Translations under genes and position numbers: made by a program | Shown: positions 21,342 through 30,585 of the stretch, piece after piece | How the letters are laid out: each line of letters begins with the position of its first letter | Position numbering within the stretch: position 1 is the first letter of the stretch | Source: an uncultured bacterium | Lineage (GTDB): Bacteria; Myxococcota_A; UBA796; CAJQPC01 | Direction: 5' to 3' | DNA length: 64,000 bases | NCBI GenBank assembly: GCA_963934385.1 | Contig: CAWVYO010000001.1 | Span: 4,765-68,764, forward strand | The notes under the pieces: generated by a model | Told to the model about the DNA's origin: nothing | Databases searched by the model: none | Seen by the model: the letters and a program-made list of their open reading frames with translations, nothing else

Positions 21342-21411
21342 TCACACAAAGTGTATATTTTGAGGTTGAATTTGGATCGCGGTAGCCTTGAAGGCTATAG
21401 ACCGGCCCAAT

Positions 21412-23817
21412 ATGACTACTCTTAGACATAATCACGAGCCCAAAACCGTCTTCGGACGTTTGGCTGTTTTTGTCTTAAGTCATCAAGTGGCTACGGTTGT
21501 GTCTGTTGTGGGTTTGGTACTCGCTTCAGTTGTTTTGGTTATTACTAATCTCGGCATAGATTCTGACCTCTTGAGGTTACTTCCAGAAGAAACTGAAACA
21601 GTAGTTTCTATGCGTCATTTCGACGACGTTGGAATGGAGACTCGACGACATTCGCTCGCTGTGAGAGGAGATCCCACGGCAGTTAGACCGTTTTATGAAG
21701 AACTCGAGACCTCTCTTATGGAGAGTGGAATTGTTAGGTATGTTCTGTTTGATGTTGAGCCAGACCTCAAGAAACGTCTTGGGCTCTTACAGCTGCCACG
21801 TTCTGATTTGGAGTCCATAAGAGATAGGCTAAGGGGGGCCTTAGCTCTTGGAAGGGGCGCGTCTAATCCATTCGTAGCTGCGAGTCTGTTCGACCTTGGT
21901 CCGTTAACCGATAGGTTCTCAAGGCTAGATAGCGGTGAGATGTTGTTTTCAGATGGCGATGTCTCTCAAATGGTGGTCCAGCCCTCAACTTCTGCCGATG
22001 ACGTCGCCTTTGCTCGTGAATTCATGGCTCTGTTTAACCAAATAGTCGCTGATCTAGATCCTGAGGCTCGGGGGGTAGAGGTTTTGTGGGTGGGGGGCTC
22101 CTATCGCCACACTGCTGAGGACTACGAGGGTGTAGTTGCCGATATGCGATGGACAGGCTTTCTTGCAGCAACGTTTATTTTGGGTCTTATAGCTTTAGCA
22201 TTTAGAGACTTCAGGGTGCTCCTGTTAATATTTTTACCCCTAACAGTAGGAACTATCCTTTCGTTTGGGTTCGCTGCCATTACTGTACACGACCTCAATA
22301 CCTTTACTGGGTTCTTTGGTGCTGTCTTGATTGGAATAGGCATCGACTTCTCTATTCACCTGTTTTCAAGGTACAGAGAGGAGAGGGTTGTCTCTAGCTC
22401 ACTACACCAGGCGATCGTTCGAGCATGGGACGCCTCTGGTCCCCCATGTTTTGCGGCTGCCCTAACAACCGCAGGCGGTTTTTTTGCGCTAATGGTGGCT
22501 GACTTCAGGGGTTTCAAGGAGTTTGGCTTCTTGTTGGGGGCAGGAGTGCTCCTTTGTCTGATGTCAGTGCTTATTATTTTGCCGCTGTTGATAGGCTGGT
22601 GGGAGAAAAAACCGACCCCATATAAGAAGAAAAAGCGTCGAAACCTGAGGAGGAGACCCCCTACATATAGGTATGCGACCTTATCTTTGGCGCTGTTAGT
22701 GTTGGTGACAGTACTCTTTGGTGCTGGGTTGAAGAACCTAGAGGTAGAGTACGACATCTCTAACCTTAGACGCCACGGCATGTCTTTTGATGAGATGACA
22801 GATGTCGAGCGTAAGCTGGCTCAAGATGCATACTCCCCTGTGCTTGTTGGGTTTGACTCCGAGAGAGAGCTCTTAGAGGCACACGACATGGTGACGGACC
22901 TGATTGAGTCAGGTGAACTGCCAGATGTTAGTCGAGTGGTCTCAAGGTATTCGCTTATCCCTAACGATCAGTTTGACAGGCTGGCTGTGCTTCGTGAAAT
23001 ATCCTTGATGGTTGGGCACGCTAATTACAGGTTCTTACCCCCAACGGTTCGCAACAACATTGAAAGTCTAACCACTGTCAGCTTAGAACCTCTTACTTTA
23101 GCCCAACTCCCCGGCGAGCTTCGAGAGATGGTAGGTGCGCTCGACGGTGTGCACCTCCTAGTTCTAATGGCCAATGGCAATATGTGGGACATGAGACGTA
23201 CTCATGCTTTAGCTGGTGGTCTACGCGCTCTATTTCCCGATGCTCAGATAGCTGGTGGTCTATTGTTGAGTGGAGACATCTTCAGTATGGCGAGCCGTGA
23301 TGCGCCAATGATCTGCATAACGGCCTTTTTGTTTATTGTGCTAGCGACCTTTGTAGATCTTCGCAGTAAGCGGCTTACCCTCGCAGCGGTGGGGGTTTTG
23401 GTGACAGGGATGATTTGGGCTGGCTCTACGATCGCGTTGTTCGATGTAAGAATATCTCTTCTGAATGTGGTCGGGATTGCCATCCTCTTGGGAATAGGTG
23501 TGGGGATAGTCATTCATCTTATTCATAGGCTTAGGGAAGAAGGACCAGGGCGTGTTCGGTTTGTATTATCGACAACAGGCTGGGCGGCCGGACTTTCGGC
23601 CCTTACTACAGCGTTATCGTTTGCGGCTATCTCCATGTCGGGTGGCCGAGGCATCCGTGGATTGGGGCTGTTGGTGTTAATCGGGCTTATTTCGCTGACA
23701 ATAGCGGCCTTCCTTATCCTGCCAACGGTATGGATGACTGCCTGGAAGCTCGGGGGAAAGCTACCAGAAACGATGGAGGATATGGACGTCTATTTGGATG
23801 GAGATGAGGAGGGCTAG
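21412..23817 (+). CDS. RND-superfamily exporter (MMPL/HAE3-like, 12-TM architecture)
   Basis: Two blocks of 5-6 TM helices (about aa 250-400 and 640-790), each preceded by a soluble loop of about 200 aa. Start moved to ATG 21412 (MTTLRHN); the track uses TTG 21388. Confidence 0.75.
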   Translation: MTTLRHNHEPKTVFGRLAVFVLSHQVATVVSVVGLVLASVVLVITNLGIDSDLLRLLPEETETVVSMRHFDDVGMETRRHSLAVRGDPTAVRPFYEELETSLMESGIVRYVLFDVEPDLKKRLGLLQLPRSDLESIRDRLRGALALGRGASNPFVAASLFDLGPLTDRFSRLDSGEMLFSDGDVSQMVVQPSTSADDVAFAREFMALFNQIVADLDPEARGVEVLWVGGSYRHTAEDYEGVVADMRWTGFLAATFILGLIALAFRDFRVLLLIFLPLTVGTILSFGFAAITVHDLNTFTGFFGAVLIGIGIDFSIHLFSRYREERVVSSSLHQAIVRAWDASGPPCFAAALTTAGGFFALMVADFRGFKEFGFLLGAGVLLCLMSVLIILPLLIGWWEKKPTPYKKKKRRNLRRRPPTYRYATLSLALLVLVTVLFGAGLKNLEVEYDISNLRRHGMSFDEMTDVERKLAQDAYSPVLVGFDSERELLEAHDMVTDLIESGELPDVSRVVSRYSLIPNDQFDRLAVLREISLMVGHANYRFLPPTVRNNIESLTTVSLEPLTLAQLPGELREMVGALDGVHLLVLMANGNMWDMRRTHALAGGLRALFPDAQIAGGLLLSGDIFSMASRDAPMICITAFLFIVLATFVDLRSKRLTLAAVGVLVTGMIWAGSTIALFDVRISLLNVVGIAILLGIGVGIVIHLIHRLREEGPGRVRFVLSTTGWAAGLSALTTALSFAAISMSGGRGIRGLGLLVLIGLISLTIAAFLILPTVWMTAWKLGGKLPETMEDMDVYLDGDEEG

Positions 23818-23932
23818 GAGAGAGTCTTACCTTCAATGTGATATTATGTACGCCACGCCAATGTATGGAGTATCAAATTACGAAACCACTCACATTCAGA
23901 GTTCAGCTTGAGTTGTTTGATTCGATCGAATC

Positions 23933-24589
23933 ATGTTGATTCATCCGTCAGGCGAACGCGCTGTTGACGACTGGATTTTAGTTACTGGGTTCGGTCCTTT
24001 CCCTGGAGTTGAGGTCAACCCCACTCAGATCCTGGCTGAACGACTGAATCAAGAGCAGTTTCAGGGGTTGTCAGTTGTGTCCATCGTTCTAGATGTGTCC
24101 TTTGATCGCGCTGCTAAGCAGCTCCTTGAAGCGCTCTCTAATGGCTGGCCTCGTTTTGTTGTCCACTTTGGAGTCGCCACTAGCTCTGACCGAATTCTGG
24201 TTGAAAGCCAGGGGGTCAACTGCAAGTCGTCGGATATTCCAGATGTTGACGAGCAGCAATTCGAGTCTGGTTTGGTAAACGACAGCTACCCGTTAAATTC
24301 GATCCTGCGAACTTCGATTCTGACGGAAAACCTGGCGCGTAGTCTAAACGAAAACGGGTATCCAGCGCTCTATTCTGAAAACGCTGGTCGGTACGTTTGT
24401 AACGCTACCTATTTCAATTCATTGGCATATGTCGCTGAATCGAAGTCGACCACGGCGAGCTTGTTTATTCATACACCAGCCGTGTGCCCCGATCCCGATC
24501 CAAAAGATCAGACCCTGACTGACTGGACTCATGAACGTCTATACAACTCGGCTGCTCATATTATCGACTGGCTAGCCAGCGATATGTAA
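23933..24589 (+). CDS. pcp: Pyroglutamyl-peptidase I (peptidase C15)
   Basis: 'ILVTGFGPFPGVEVNPT' at the N-terminus and 'SENAGRYVCNATYF' (catalytic Cys region). Confidence 0.8.
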   Translation: MLIHPSGERAVDDWILVTGFGPFPGVEVNPTQILAERLNQEQFQGLSVVSIVLDVSFDRAAKQLLEALSNGWPRFVVHFGVATSSDRILVESQGVNCKSSDIPDVDEQQFESGLVNDSYPLNSILRTSILTENLARSLNENGYPALYSENAGRYVCNATYFNSLAYVAESKSTTASLFIHTPAVCPDPDPKDQTLTDWTHERLYNSAAHIIDWLASDM

Positions 24590-24760
24590 CGGGTCCTAGG
24601 CTTGTTTTTGAAGTCCGAACAGTTGTTTATTACCGTCATTTATTTAGGCTATATAGGTGGTTTATAAGGTGTGCGGTTTGTATTAAACCTTACTCAGAAG
24701 TTTCCATTACATGATATCGTGGACGCCAATGTAATGGTGCCAACACGCAAGGAGGTCATC

Positions 24761-25231
24761 ATGAGCAATACTTATACAGTGTTTTTTGTTATCAGCCTTT
24801 TCATCTCATTTCCAGTTCAGGCTGGTACCTGTGATGAGACCGCCGAGGTGCGAGTTGAGGCTGCTGATAAGTTGATCGTCGACGCACGTGTTGCTGAAGC
24901 AATAGACCAGGCCCCGCTTCTCGAGAGAGCCCAGATCCTGCTTGAAAATACACTTGAAGCGGACCCTTCATGTGAGCCCGCACGAGCGCTCCTAGCTCTT
25001 ATCGAATCTTTGGAGCCCGAGTTTAGGGCCAACTCTGCAGCCGCTGCTGTAGATGTAGTTCTAAGCCGAGCAGGCGAAATTCTATTGAGTCTAGAGACTG
25101 AAGGGGTTTCGAATCCTGACGTATTGGAGACCCTTCGTTTTCAGCTAGCCGCGCTGGACAGAGAGTTGGGTGAGAACGAATTATTGGATTCGCTAACCGA
25201 GCGCGCAGCTGCTCTGTCGAGTACGCCATGA
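24761..25231 (+). CDS. Hypothetical secreted helical protein
   Basis: Start moved to ATG 24761, which is preceded by AAGGAGG (24749-24755). Signal peptide MSNTYTVFFVISLFISFPVQA/G. Ala/Leu/Glu-rich. Its stop overlaps the next start as ATGA. Confidence 0.55.
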   Translation: MSNTYTVFFVISLFISFPVQAGTCDETAEVRVEAADKLIVDARVAEAIDQAPLLERAQILLENTLEADPSCEPARALLALIESLEPEFRANSAAAAVDVVLSRAGEILLSLETEGVSNPDVLETLRFQLAALDRELGENELLDSLTERAAALSSTP

Positions 25232-26910
25232 CCTCTTTAATTCTTACAGCATGGCTAGTGAGTACTCCGGCGATCGCCCAGGAATGTGGCGTTGCCGATG
25301 GTGCTATAGCAGAGTTGGTCGAGGTGGTAGCCGACTCTCTTTCTCAAACCGGAGTTGAAATATTTTGCCCAGACGATCTACTCGTCCCAATAGATCTTGA
25401 CCAAGCTGATGAGCTCGCACAAGCTCTAACCTCAGAGGGGCGCCTAGAGGCAGCAGCCGCATTGCTAGAGGCGACTCTGGGGATAGGACCTGAGCACGTA
25501 CAGGCGGTAGCAAATGCTGCAGCCCTGCTGGATGCGCTGTTGTTGGCGGCGTTAGACAACGGAGATGACCCATCGGCAATGATCGACGCTCTCTTAGCGT
25601 TGGCTGAGGAGGCCGAAGATCCGTTACTGCATCGTCAGATCAGCCTAAACCTTTGGCGCAGCGGTGTAGAAGACGAGCGAATCCAGGCACTGATCGAACA
25701 TTACCTGCCTGAAAGACCGGACTATGACAGCATTTTTCCGGACGGTGCTACGCAAGTTAAAGCAGTCTTCCGAACGGGGTCAGATGGTATCGAACATTCA
25801 GATTTCATCTACGCGTTTGAGCGTCAGGGAGCTACGGTCATTGAAGTCGAAAAGGATGAGCGCTACACCATTCACTACGTAGTAACCCCCGACGATCCAA
25901 CCTTGCCTCCAATCACCTGGGAGATCGATATTATCACCCACGGTTTTCAGCCTTCAGATGCCCTTGATGAATTGGGCGACGACGCAGTAGAGGTCTCGAT
26001 GTTTGCGGATCACTCCCAGCTTGGGACCTCTCTCGATAGGGCGCTTATGCTCGGCCCCGATGCCGAGAACAGCACGGACTTTTTCTGGGTCAATTCATGT
26101 AAGTCCAAGGTGTTCAGTTCTCGACTAAGCCAAGCCTATCCCAGCGCTCATTTTGTCTTCACTAAGGATTCAGAACTTTTTAGAGACATGCCCATGTCTT
26201 TTGAAAGGGGGCTAGTCGCAATATCTAACCGCTATGACTACGACGAAATGGAGAGATTGGTAGCTACTGGTTCTGCGTGGCAGCCCAGAAATTATATATT
26301 CCCCAATGATCCCCATAAGCTTGTCTACCAAGACCAGGATGGAGACGGCATTGCTGACTCCGAGGACCGTGTCTATGACGTGGTTGCGGGGGGGCGAGAA
26401 GATGCGCCTGACGGGGAGCTTGCTTCAAAAGCAGTCCATATCGCAAACACCTACTTGGCTTATTCGAGCGTATATGTTTACCACGGGCATCTTTTAGATA
26501 TTGATGTGGAAGATCTATACCGACCCGATGGTATCTTTGATGGTGAGCCCGACGGTCCGGCTACGCAGATTGTGACTCGCACAGATGTGTTCGGTGAAGA
26601 GAAGTTTTTTGTAGCTGTCTCCGACGAGCTTTTGGAGATGGGTCAAACCGAAAGAACGGCTCGTATTTCTTATGAGCTAGGGTTGCATCAGGGCGTAGAG
26701 CAGGGCTGGAGTGAGGAACGAACAGAAGTCGCTGCCTTTCTTGTCGGTACCGCTGTATACGACGTCTGGTACGGTCCAGGTTGGAATGATTATAGAGAAG
26801 CGGCTCAGCCCGGATCCGAACTCAGTCGCAACGATGTTGCTGCTTATTTGGATAACCACAATTTCGTTACAGAACAGTCTGTAGATCGATTCATATCTGA
26901 AGAAAGGTAG
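25228..26910 (+). CDS. Hypothetical secreted protein (helical N-terminal region, unknown C-terminal domain, one Ca-binding-like Asp-rich motif)
   Basis: Signal peptide MTSLILTAWLVSTPAIA/QE. 'DQDGDGIADSEDRVYD' resembles a thrombospondin type 3 / EF-like Ca2+ loop. No family recognised. Confidence 0.6.
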   Translation: MTSLILTAWLVSTPAIAQECGVADGAIAELVEVVADSLSQTGVEIFCPDDLLVPIDLDQADELAQALTSEGRLEAAAALLEATLGIGPEHVQAVANAAALLDALLLAALDNGDDPSAMIDALLALAEEAEDPLLHRQISLNLWRSGVEDERIQALIEHYLPERPDYDSIFPDGATQVKAVFRTGSDGIEHSDFIYAFERQGATVIEVEKDERYTIHYVVTPDDPTLPPITWEIDIITHGFQPSDALDELGDDAVEVSMFADHSQLGTSLDRALMLGPDAENSTDFFWVNSCKSKVFSSRLSQAYPSAHFVFTKDSELFRDMPMSFERGLVAISNRYDYDEMERLVATGSAWQPRNYIFPNDPHKLVYQDQDGDGIADSEDRVYDVVAGGREDAPDGELASKAVHIANTYLAYSSVYVYHGHLLDIDVEDLYRPDGIFDGEPDGPATQIVTRTDVFGEEKFFVAVSDELLEMGQTERTARISYELGLHQGVEQGWSEERTEVAAFLVGTAVYDVWYGPGWNDYREAAQPGSELSRNDVAAYLDNHNFVTEQSVDRFISEER

Positions 26911-27012
26911 AGTCTAATCTGTAAAGCTAGACCTTCTACCTGATGCGAGAACGAAAAAAATTGTGATACTGTTAATGGCAACGAGCTGGTATCAATAAAC
27001 AACGAGGTAACC

Positions 27013-30000
27013 ATGAACCCGACCCTCCCTTTGATTTGGTTGAGCTTAGTCTCAATGATTGCGTGTAGTGATAGTTCTGTAGGTCGACATAACGCCGCGC
27101 CAGACGTATCGATTACATCTCATGTTGACGGTGACGAGGTCTATGAAGGATACGCAGTGACCTTTCGTGGATCTGCTTCTGACGCCGATAACGCCAACAC
27201 AGATCTTGTCGCAACCTGGTTTGTGGGTGGAGAGGAGGCCTGTTCAGGTGCTCCAGGAGCTGACGGTTCCACTGAATGTGAAGTGACAATAGGAGAGGGC
27301 GATTCGATCGTAGTCTTGGAGGTCTCAGATATTGAGGGATCAGCTGGATCTAGTACTGTGTCACTCGAGGTAATAAACACAGAGATTCCTATGGTATCGC
27401 TAGTTTCGCCTACATTAGAAGGCGTCTATTATGTTGATCAGCTTGTTACATTTGCAGCAGTTGTCTCGGATACAGAGGATCAACCAGAGGCCCTCTCTTT
27501 GTGGTGGGAGAGCTCTCTTGGAGACGACCTGAGTAATATAGATGTCGCCGTTAATTCGGCAGGAGATCTATCAGGATCAGGATTTTTGAGCCAAGGCGAT
27601 CACACGATCAGTCTTTTTGCTCAAGATCTGTCTGGTAAAATTGGTTCGGATTCAGTTGTGATAACGGTGGGTGGTGCCAACAGCGCCCCCTCATGTGAGA
27701 TAACCGCACCGCCAAATACTGAAAGTGGAGGTCAGGGAGAGTTGGTCATATTCGAGGCACTTGTTGCAGATGAAGATGTCCCAGCAGAGTGGTTAAGTGT
27801 AGAGTGGAACAGTGACATAGATGGATCGATGGCGAGTAGTACTCCCAACACAGCCGGTGATGTTGCTCTTCCTTGGTCTGACCTTACCGTTGGTAGCCAT
27901 GTCGTCACGCTTAGTGTGACCGACGAGGTGGGCGCTACGTGCTCAGATTTTGTGATCTATACGGTCGGTACCCCCCCTAGCCTTACTATTGACAGCCCTT
28001 TGTCTGGTGATCTCTATTCTGAAGGGGACATAGTTACCTTCTTGGCGACAGTAGCTGACTCGGAATCCTCACCAGATCAAGTCACTCTGGAGTGGAGTTC
28101 GAGTTTGGATGGGGTAATCTCAAACCAAGCACCTGATTCGTCTGGTAGCGCTCTCTTTGCCAAGTCAGACCTTAGTGTTGGTGAGCATTCGCTGACAGTG
28201 ACAGCGACGGACCCCGATGATCTCTATGTTACCGCGATGGTGAATTTTGTAGTAAACGGTCTTCCCTCCGCACCAACGGTGACACTCTCGCCTGATCCAG
28301 CTGTCACGGGCGACAACATTGTTGCAACAGCCAGCGGAAGCGTCGATCCAGAGGGCTCATCTGTGGTCTACAGTTTTGAGTGGTATGTGGGTGGTCTCTT
28401 GTCGAGTGCAAGCGTATCAGCGACTCTACCATCTTCGGCCACCTCAAAAGGTGAGTCCTGGGAGGCTGTTGTTACGCCTACAGATACAGATGGTGGGGTT
28501 GGAGCAACAGGAATGGCTTTGATTGTGATAGGCAACACTTCTCCAGTGATCGCGACGCCAGTTGTCACTCCCTCTACAGGGATTACGACCAGCTCGACAT
28601 TGAACTGTTCGGCCACCTCGACGGATGCTGACGGAGAGAGCCCTGCGATCACTTACGAGTGGGGCAATGGCTCGACCATCCTAGGTACAGGCTCGAGTTT
28701 GACTTTGAGTAGCTCGACGGCGTCTCCATCAGACACCATTACCTGCACTGCAACCGCTACCGATGGATCTGGTGATACCGACTCGGGTAGCGCGAGCGTT
28801 TCTGTCGAGAACACTGATCCAGTTGTCGGGAGTGTGGCTATAAGCCCAAGCAGCAACGTAAAGGTGACCACTGCCTTGGTCTGCTCAGCGACAGCGACGG
28901 ATCCCGATGGCAGCTCAACTACCCTTAGTTATTCCTGGACCAATGGCTCTAGTACGCTCGGCACAGGCTCAAACCTGACGCTTTCGGCCTCCAACTCCTC
29001 GACAGGCGATACCATTACCTGCTCCGCGCAAGCAGTCGATTCAGATGGTGGTACTGACACAGGTGTTGCCACCGTAACCGTGGTAAACAGTGCCCCAGTC
29101 CTATCTAGCGCGGCGTTATCTCCAACTAGTGCCACCGAGGTCTCGATCCTCACTTGTGCTCCAAGTTCAGCGACCGACGCCGACGGAGACAGTGTAAGCT
29201 ATAGCTATAATTGGAACGTCGCTGGAACTTGGAATAGCCAGACCGCTGACTCTTTGAGTGGAAGCTACTTCAACCGAGATGATTCAGTCTACTGTGTCGT
29301 GACCCCTAACGACGGTACGACAACGGGCACTTCGGTAATTTCCAACACGGTGACCATCTCCAACACGTCGCCCAGCGTTTCAGGTGTGTCGATAACACCC
29401 TCTCCAGCGCTCGATAACGACACGCTGACCTGTAGCTACAGCTACGTAGATGTGGATAGCGATTCAGATGCCTCTACTATAGCTTGGACAGTTGGTTCAA
29501 CGGCAATAGGAACAGGCATCACTGTGAATTCAGGCTTTGTGGCTGGAGATACAGTGGAATGTACGGTGACCCCAAATGACGGGACGGATACAGGAACAGC
29601 GGTATCTGCTACAGCCTTGATAGGGGCCTCAAATGCAGCACCAGTAATAAGCTCGGTCACCATTTCGCCCTCTACGATCTATACAAATGATACGATATCG
29701 TCTAGTGTCACAGCATCTGACGCCGACGGCGATAACATTACTTATAGTTATGTTTGGTATGTCGATAGCGCACTTGTGGCAGAGACATCTAGTTCAATAA
29801 GTGGCGTCACCTACTTTGATAGAGGGCAGAGCGTCTATCTTAGCGTGACCCCATCCGATGGGACCGATACAGGTGCACCAGTCAACTCTAATACCATAAC
29901 GATTAGCAACACTCCGCCCACTGCTCCTACAGCGCTGATATCCCCACAGTCTCCTGTTGAGGGCATCGATGACCTTATCTGTGAGTTGGATATAGCATCA

Positions 30001-30501
30001 ACAGATGCCGACGGTGACACCATCACCTATTGGGTTGATTGGAAGGTTGATACAGTACCGTATTCTGGTAGCACGTCGACCTACTACACAGGCGACACAG
30101 TCCCCACGTCCGATATATTTGCTCAAGAGCAGTGGGAGTGTACCCTCTACGCTGATGATGCCACAGCCAGTTCATATACGACCGATACGGTGACGGTAGT
30201 ATCTGCAGAGTATTCGCTAACTGAACTCTGCGGCTCCACCACTGGCGGTTTGTATTGTGGCGGAAACTGCACCTCAAACAGTTCGGAATTCGCAGACGCC
30301 TACTGCCAGATTGGCGGCTATAGCGGAGCTGTCTCGTACAATGAGATCAGCAGCGGTTCAGTCGGTCCAACTTGGTACTACAACGAGAACGCCATGGCGG
30401 CGCCAGACTACCTGCCTACAACCTGTTCGGATCTTGGGTGGAGTTCCTACGGTACTGCATCATATTGTACCTGTATAGATGACCTAGTCTGCTCCTATTG
30501 A
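27013..30501 (+). CDS. Large surface lipoprotein with about 11 tandem Ig/PKD-like modules and a Cys-rich C-terminal domain
   Basis: Lipobox 'LVSMIAC/S'. Four modules of about 95 aa are followed by seven modules of about 90 aa with the pattern '..ISP....L.C.....D.DGD...Y.Y.W......G..L......GD...C.VTP.DG...G......I.NT.P'. The last ~90 aa contain 8 Cys. Confidence 0.8.
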   Translation: MNPTLPLIWLSLVSMIACSDSSVGRHNAAPDVSITSHVDGDEVYEGYAVTFRGSASDADNANTDLVATWFVGGEEACSGAPGADGSTECEVTIGEGDSIVVLEVSDIEGSAGSSTVSLEVINTEIPMVSLVSPTLEGVYYVDQLVTFAAVVSDTEDQPEALSLWWESSLGDDLSNIDVAVNSAGDLSGSGFLSQGDHTISLFAQDLSGKIGSDSVVITVGGANSAPSCEITAPPNTESGGQGELVIFEALVADEDVPAEWLSVEWNSDIDGSMASSTPNTAGDVALPWSDLTVGSHVVTLSVTDEVGATCSDFVIYTVGTPPSLTIDSPLSGDLYSEGDIVTFLATVADSESSPDQVTLEWSSSLDGVISNQAPDSSGSALFAKSDLSVGEHSLTVTATDPDDLYVTAMVNFVVNGLPSAPTVTLSPDPAVTGDNIVATASGSVDPEGSSVVYSFEWYVGGLLSSASVSATLPSSATSKGESWEAVVTPTDTDGGVGATGMALIVIGNTSPVIATPVVTPSTGITTSSTLNCSATSTDADGESPAITYEWGNGSTILGTGSSLTLSSSTASPSDTITCTATATDGSGDTDSGSASVSVENTDPVVGSVAISPSSNVKVTTALVCSATATDPDGSSTTLSYSWTNGSSTLGTGSNLTLSASNSSTGDTITCSAQAVDSDGGTDTGVATVTVVNSAPVLSSAALSPTSATEVSILTCAPSSATDADGDSVSYSYNWNVAGTWNSQTADSLSGSYFNRDDSVYCVVTPNDGTTTGTSVISNTVTISNTSPSVSGVSITPSPALDNDTLTCSYSYVDVDSDSDASTIAWTVGSTAIGTGITVNSGFVAGDTVECTVTPNDGTDTGTAVSATALIGASNAAPVISSVTISPSTIYTNDTISSSVTASDADGDNITYSYVWYVDSALVAETSSSISGVTYFDRGQSVYLSVTPSDGTDTGAPVNSNTITISNTPPTAPTALISPQSPVEGIDDLICELDIASTDADGDTITYWVDWKVDTVPYSGSTSTYYTGDTVPTSDIFAQEQWECTLYADDATASSYTTDTVTVVSAEYSLTELCGSTTGGLYCGGNCTSNSSEFADAYCQIGGYSGAVSYNEISSGSVGPTWYYNENAMAAPDYLPTTCSDLGWSSYGTASYCTCIDDLVCSY

Positions 30502-30585
30502 TTTAGATTCACGGTCTATCTCGGGTAACCTTGGCTATATATCCGAACACGACCACCAGAAATTGTAGGGTCAGTACTCCTTAGT

